DNA of 64,000 nucleotides from Entomortierella parvispora E1425 (Eukaryota; Fungi; Mortierellomycota): NCBI GenBank assembly GCA_020891255.1, contig BQFW01000007.1, positions 248,001 to 312,000 of the forward strand, read 5' to 3'. Shown piece by piece: positions 61,347 to 64,000 of this stretch (position 1 is its first letter; each line of letters starts with the position of its first letter). The notes under the pieces were generated by a model. It saw only the letters and a program-made list of their open reading frames with translations, ran no database searches and was not told where the DNA came from. The position numbers and the translations under genes were made by a program.

Positions 61347-63895
61347 CTACCTCCGACCCCAGATCGATCCGAACCATCCACCGCTTGCAGAGTCGCTCTG
61401 CTGCGATGCCTTGGGGCGGCCTGCCCTTTCTGCCAGCAGGTCGTGGTTGTAATCCATGTGATTGAATGCAATGTCAAAGAACAGTGGCTTTGCGGGGATA
61501 GGTTGCAAGGCGGGTGGGAAGTCGACCAGGTGGGGCACCGTGGGGTTATTTTTGGAGGTAATCGAGGTTGGGTATGTGTCCAGACGCTTGATCAAAGCAG
61601 GCTAGTATCATACAAACAAAAAGGGAAGGAAGGTTAATACCGTCAATGCATTTTTTTTTGTAACGAGTGCATTTGTTCCATGGAGAGAACGTACCTCATC
61701 CAAAGTATTCTCGTCCAAGCTCATGGATGACATCTTGTTGTCAATGCTCTCGCCATCTTCGCCATGAATCAGGTACCAGGCAGCATGCACCTGGCACTTT
61801 CTTCCTCGAATCTTGCTCTCCATATCCTGCAGCTCCTTCTCGGTCACATTGAACGAATCAGCATCAGAAGAAGCGCTGAAAGACCTTCCGAGGCCGCTCC
61901 TGATCTGTGTGGCGTATGACTGTGCACGGTCAAAGAGAGCGATAGCCTCCACATGGCGAGCAAGCTTTGAGTACGCAGTAGCTGTAAAGAAGCATCTCCA
62001 TCCCTTGTAATACAAAAGCTTGTTTTCCACTTCGCTAGACAACTTTGTGTCTACAGCGACTCCGGGAAGCTCTTGAATAGTAGTCAAGTTCTATAAAGGA
62101 AAAAGTTTGTTAAGGATATGATTCTTCAAATATACCACCCATACCAAGTCCATAATATAGTTCATGTTATTCATCTTACCTGCACCACGTTGTCGTAAGC
62201 CTTGACCAGGTTCTGGTATTGGACATCTTCGTTTCTGTCAGTCGTTGCCTGATCGCCCTCCAGCTTGTTATAGATATCCTTGGCCAAGAGTAGGTTGCGC
62301 TCGATCGCATGACGGAGACTAGAGTAGCTGATATAGGTCGCAATCATGTGCAAATCTGCAGTATTCTGTTCCGACTTTGATGACTTGATCTTGGCAGCAG
62401 CAGCCTATGGCAATAAATCAAAAGTAACAACAAAGTTAGAGAGGATAGCCTTGCTTTGGATGGATGTGGCAGATACATTTCGTCGAAACCTACAGTGTCT
62501 TCCTTGAGAGCCTTTTTGACAGTCTTCTCCGCCTCAGCAAATGCCTCCAAGACCTTGTCGAATTGCTCCAGCTTGGCCTCAGTGGTAGAGGACGCCAATG
62601 AGTTCAGCTCTTCAGCAGTTTCCTGTGCAGCAAGGATCGAGGTCGCCAACTTTGCATTCTTCAATGGAAGAGTGTGTGATCTCCATGAAATTGAATCCAA
62701 GTCCTGTGCCTTCTCCTGTCTGGTCTGAGCAATCAAATGCTAATTTCAGGAATAATGATCATACTCTGTCAGTATCTTCGCGGGGAGCTTTCTCAAAGGC
62801 GAAAACAAATTAACGGGACTTCACTCTTACCTCAATTTCTCTCATCAAGACATCAGAGCCTGATCCCTTGTTGGCAGCCGACATCTTAACCAACTCCTCT
62901 ACATTTACGACACCGTCCTTTGCCAAGCGCAAGCGGTATCCACAGAACCGGATATTGGGATCAATCTCATCCATGGTTGCGTGGCAAAGTGCCTCCTGAT
63001 GAGAAGATCCAGCCAGCGAAAGCTTGTCATACATAGCGCTAGTAGATAGCAGATACAAAAGACGACGGTTAGAGGCGGCCTTCAGATATAAGCAAGACTT
63101 TGAAGCAAAAACAAGAGAGCTGGAATATTTTCTTACCGAGCAGCCGAAAACTTCTCCAAAGCGCCCTGCCAGTTCTGAGCCTCGAAGAGAACATATCCTG
63201 CCATCAAAGCCGAGTAGGCCTGAGCATCCAGAGCTGATCGAACATCCACCTTTCCAACCTTGGTTGAGCAGAGGGCCTCCAACTGCTCGGCAGTCTTGGC
63301 CGCCTTCTTCAATCGGTTCATGTAATGGCTTTGCTTGCGGGTGTCATCCAGTGCGACAGAAAGAGCCTTGATCTCCATAGCATATCCCCATGCACGCTCA
63401 GCCTGGAACAACAAAATGTGCAAGTATCTAATGGCGAACGTTTTTTTGGTCATAGTAGGACGAGAGGTTAGCTTCCATGACTGGATGGATCCTAAGGAGA
63501 CACCTTTCTTTGCTCGACTCGGGTTCATTACCTTTCGTCTGTCAAAGTCTCGGCAGTAATAGGTCTGGCGATGAAGGACTTGTCCTTGCCGTGCGTAAAT
63601 CCAAGAGCTTTCCTGATCCGGTGCAACTTTTGTGTGCAGTGATGGCGGTATCGTCCATATTCCTGGCGACGCAATCCATAAGCATTCCGTGCCTCGTTCG
63701 TCAAAGAGAGGACTATCGAGAAAAAAGAAAGAGATAGGAAAGGAAGAGAAGGGGCAGAAAGAAACACGGCAAGTTAGGTTGAAATCCAGAGATGGAATGG
63801 CTGAGAGATGTGTGGCGTAGTAGGATAGGTGCACGGTTATTACTGTCGAGGGAAAATGGCGCGCCATCCTTGCTGGCGGTTTGTTGGGGCTCCAT
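61347..63895 (-). CDS. SRP68: Signal recognition particle subunit SRP68, multi-exon
   Basis: LTNEARNAYGLRRQEYGRYRHHCTQKLHRIRK, LHILLFQAERAWGYAM, HYMNRLKKAAK, IDPNIRFCGYRL, LVDFPPALQPIPAKPLFFDIAFNH, GGWFGSIWGRR*. Confidence 0.94.
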
Positions 63896-64000
63896 GATGG
63901 TCGAGAACTTGTACAGTCGGAGCAGATGCAGGTCGAGAAGCGGGGTCAAGGTCGATGATGATGGAGATCATCGAATCTCGATCAAATCGACGCGTGGAAG

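Overview
Eukaryotic, intron-rich fungal DNA. The GT-AG introns, poly-T tracts, gene content and paralogue families suggest Mucoromycota/Mortierellaceae (inference). About 24 protein-coding genes were reconstructed by manual splicing, in order: secreted knottin-like peptide, secreted class C beta-lactamase-like serine hydrolase, GST, small Cys-rich secreted protein, QTRT2, polyacidic repeat secreted protein, GPI-type protein, MFS hexose transporter, ICMT-like methyltransferase, an unknown membrane protein, NDT80/PhoG transcription factor, SARA-C-like protein, AP-1 sigma, stand-alone mu-type longin, a second unknown membrane protein, V-ATPase a subunit, THI4, Cys-less UBC7 paralogue, DOMON-cytochrome b561, UBC7, PPN2-like metallophosphoesterase, amino-acid permease, SET methyltransferase and SRP68. 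There are also gene relics. No rRNA, tRNA, CRISPR array or intact transposon was seen. Highlights: (1) a plant-like TPP riboswitch in the 3' UTR of THI4, stretched to about 345 nt by two long hairpin insertions, one of them inside the pyrophosphate-sensing arm; (2) an intron-split inhibitor-cystine-knot peptide gene invisible to the ORF track; (3) an ATG-less 125-codon in-frame extension of the V-ATPase a subunit carrying YxxL and NPF motifs; (4) a catalytically dead UBC7 duplicate; (5) a mu-longin-only gene head-to-head with AP-1 sigma, next to a FYVE-less SARA/endofin C-terminal-domain protein. All family assignments come from motif recognition by eye; no database searches were run.
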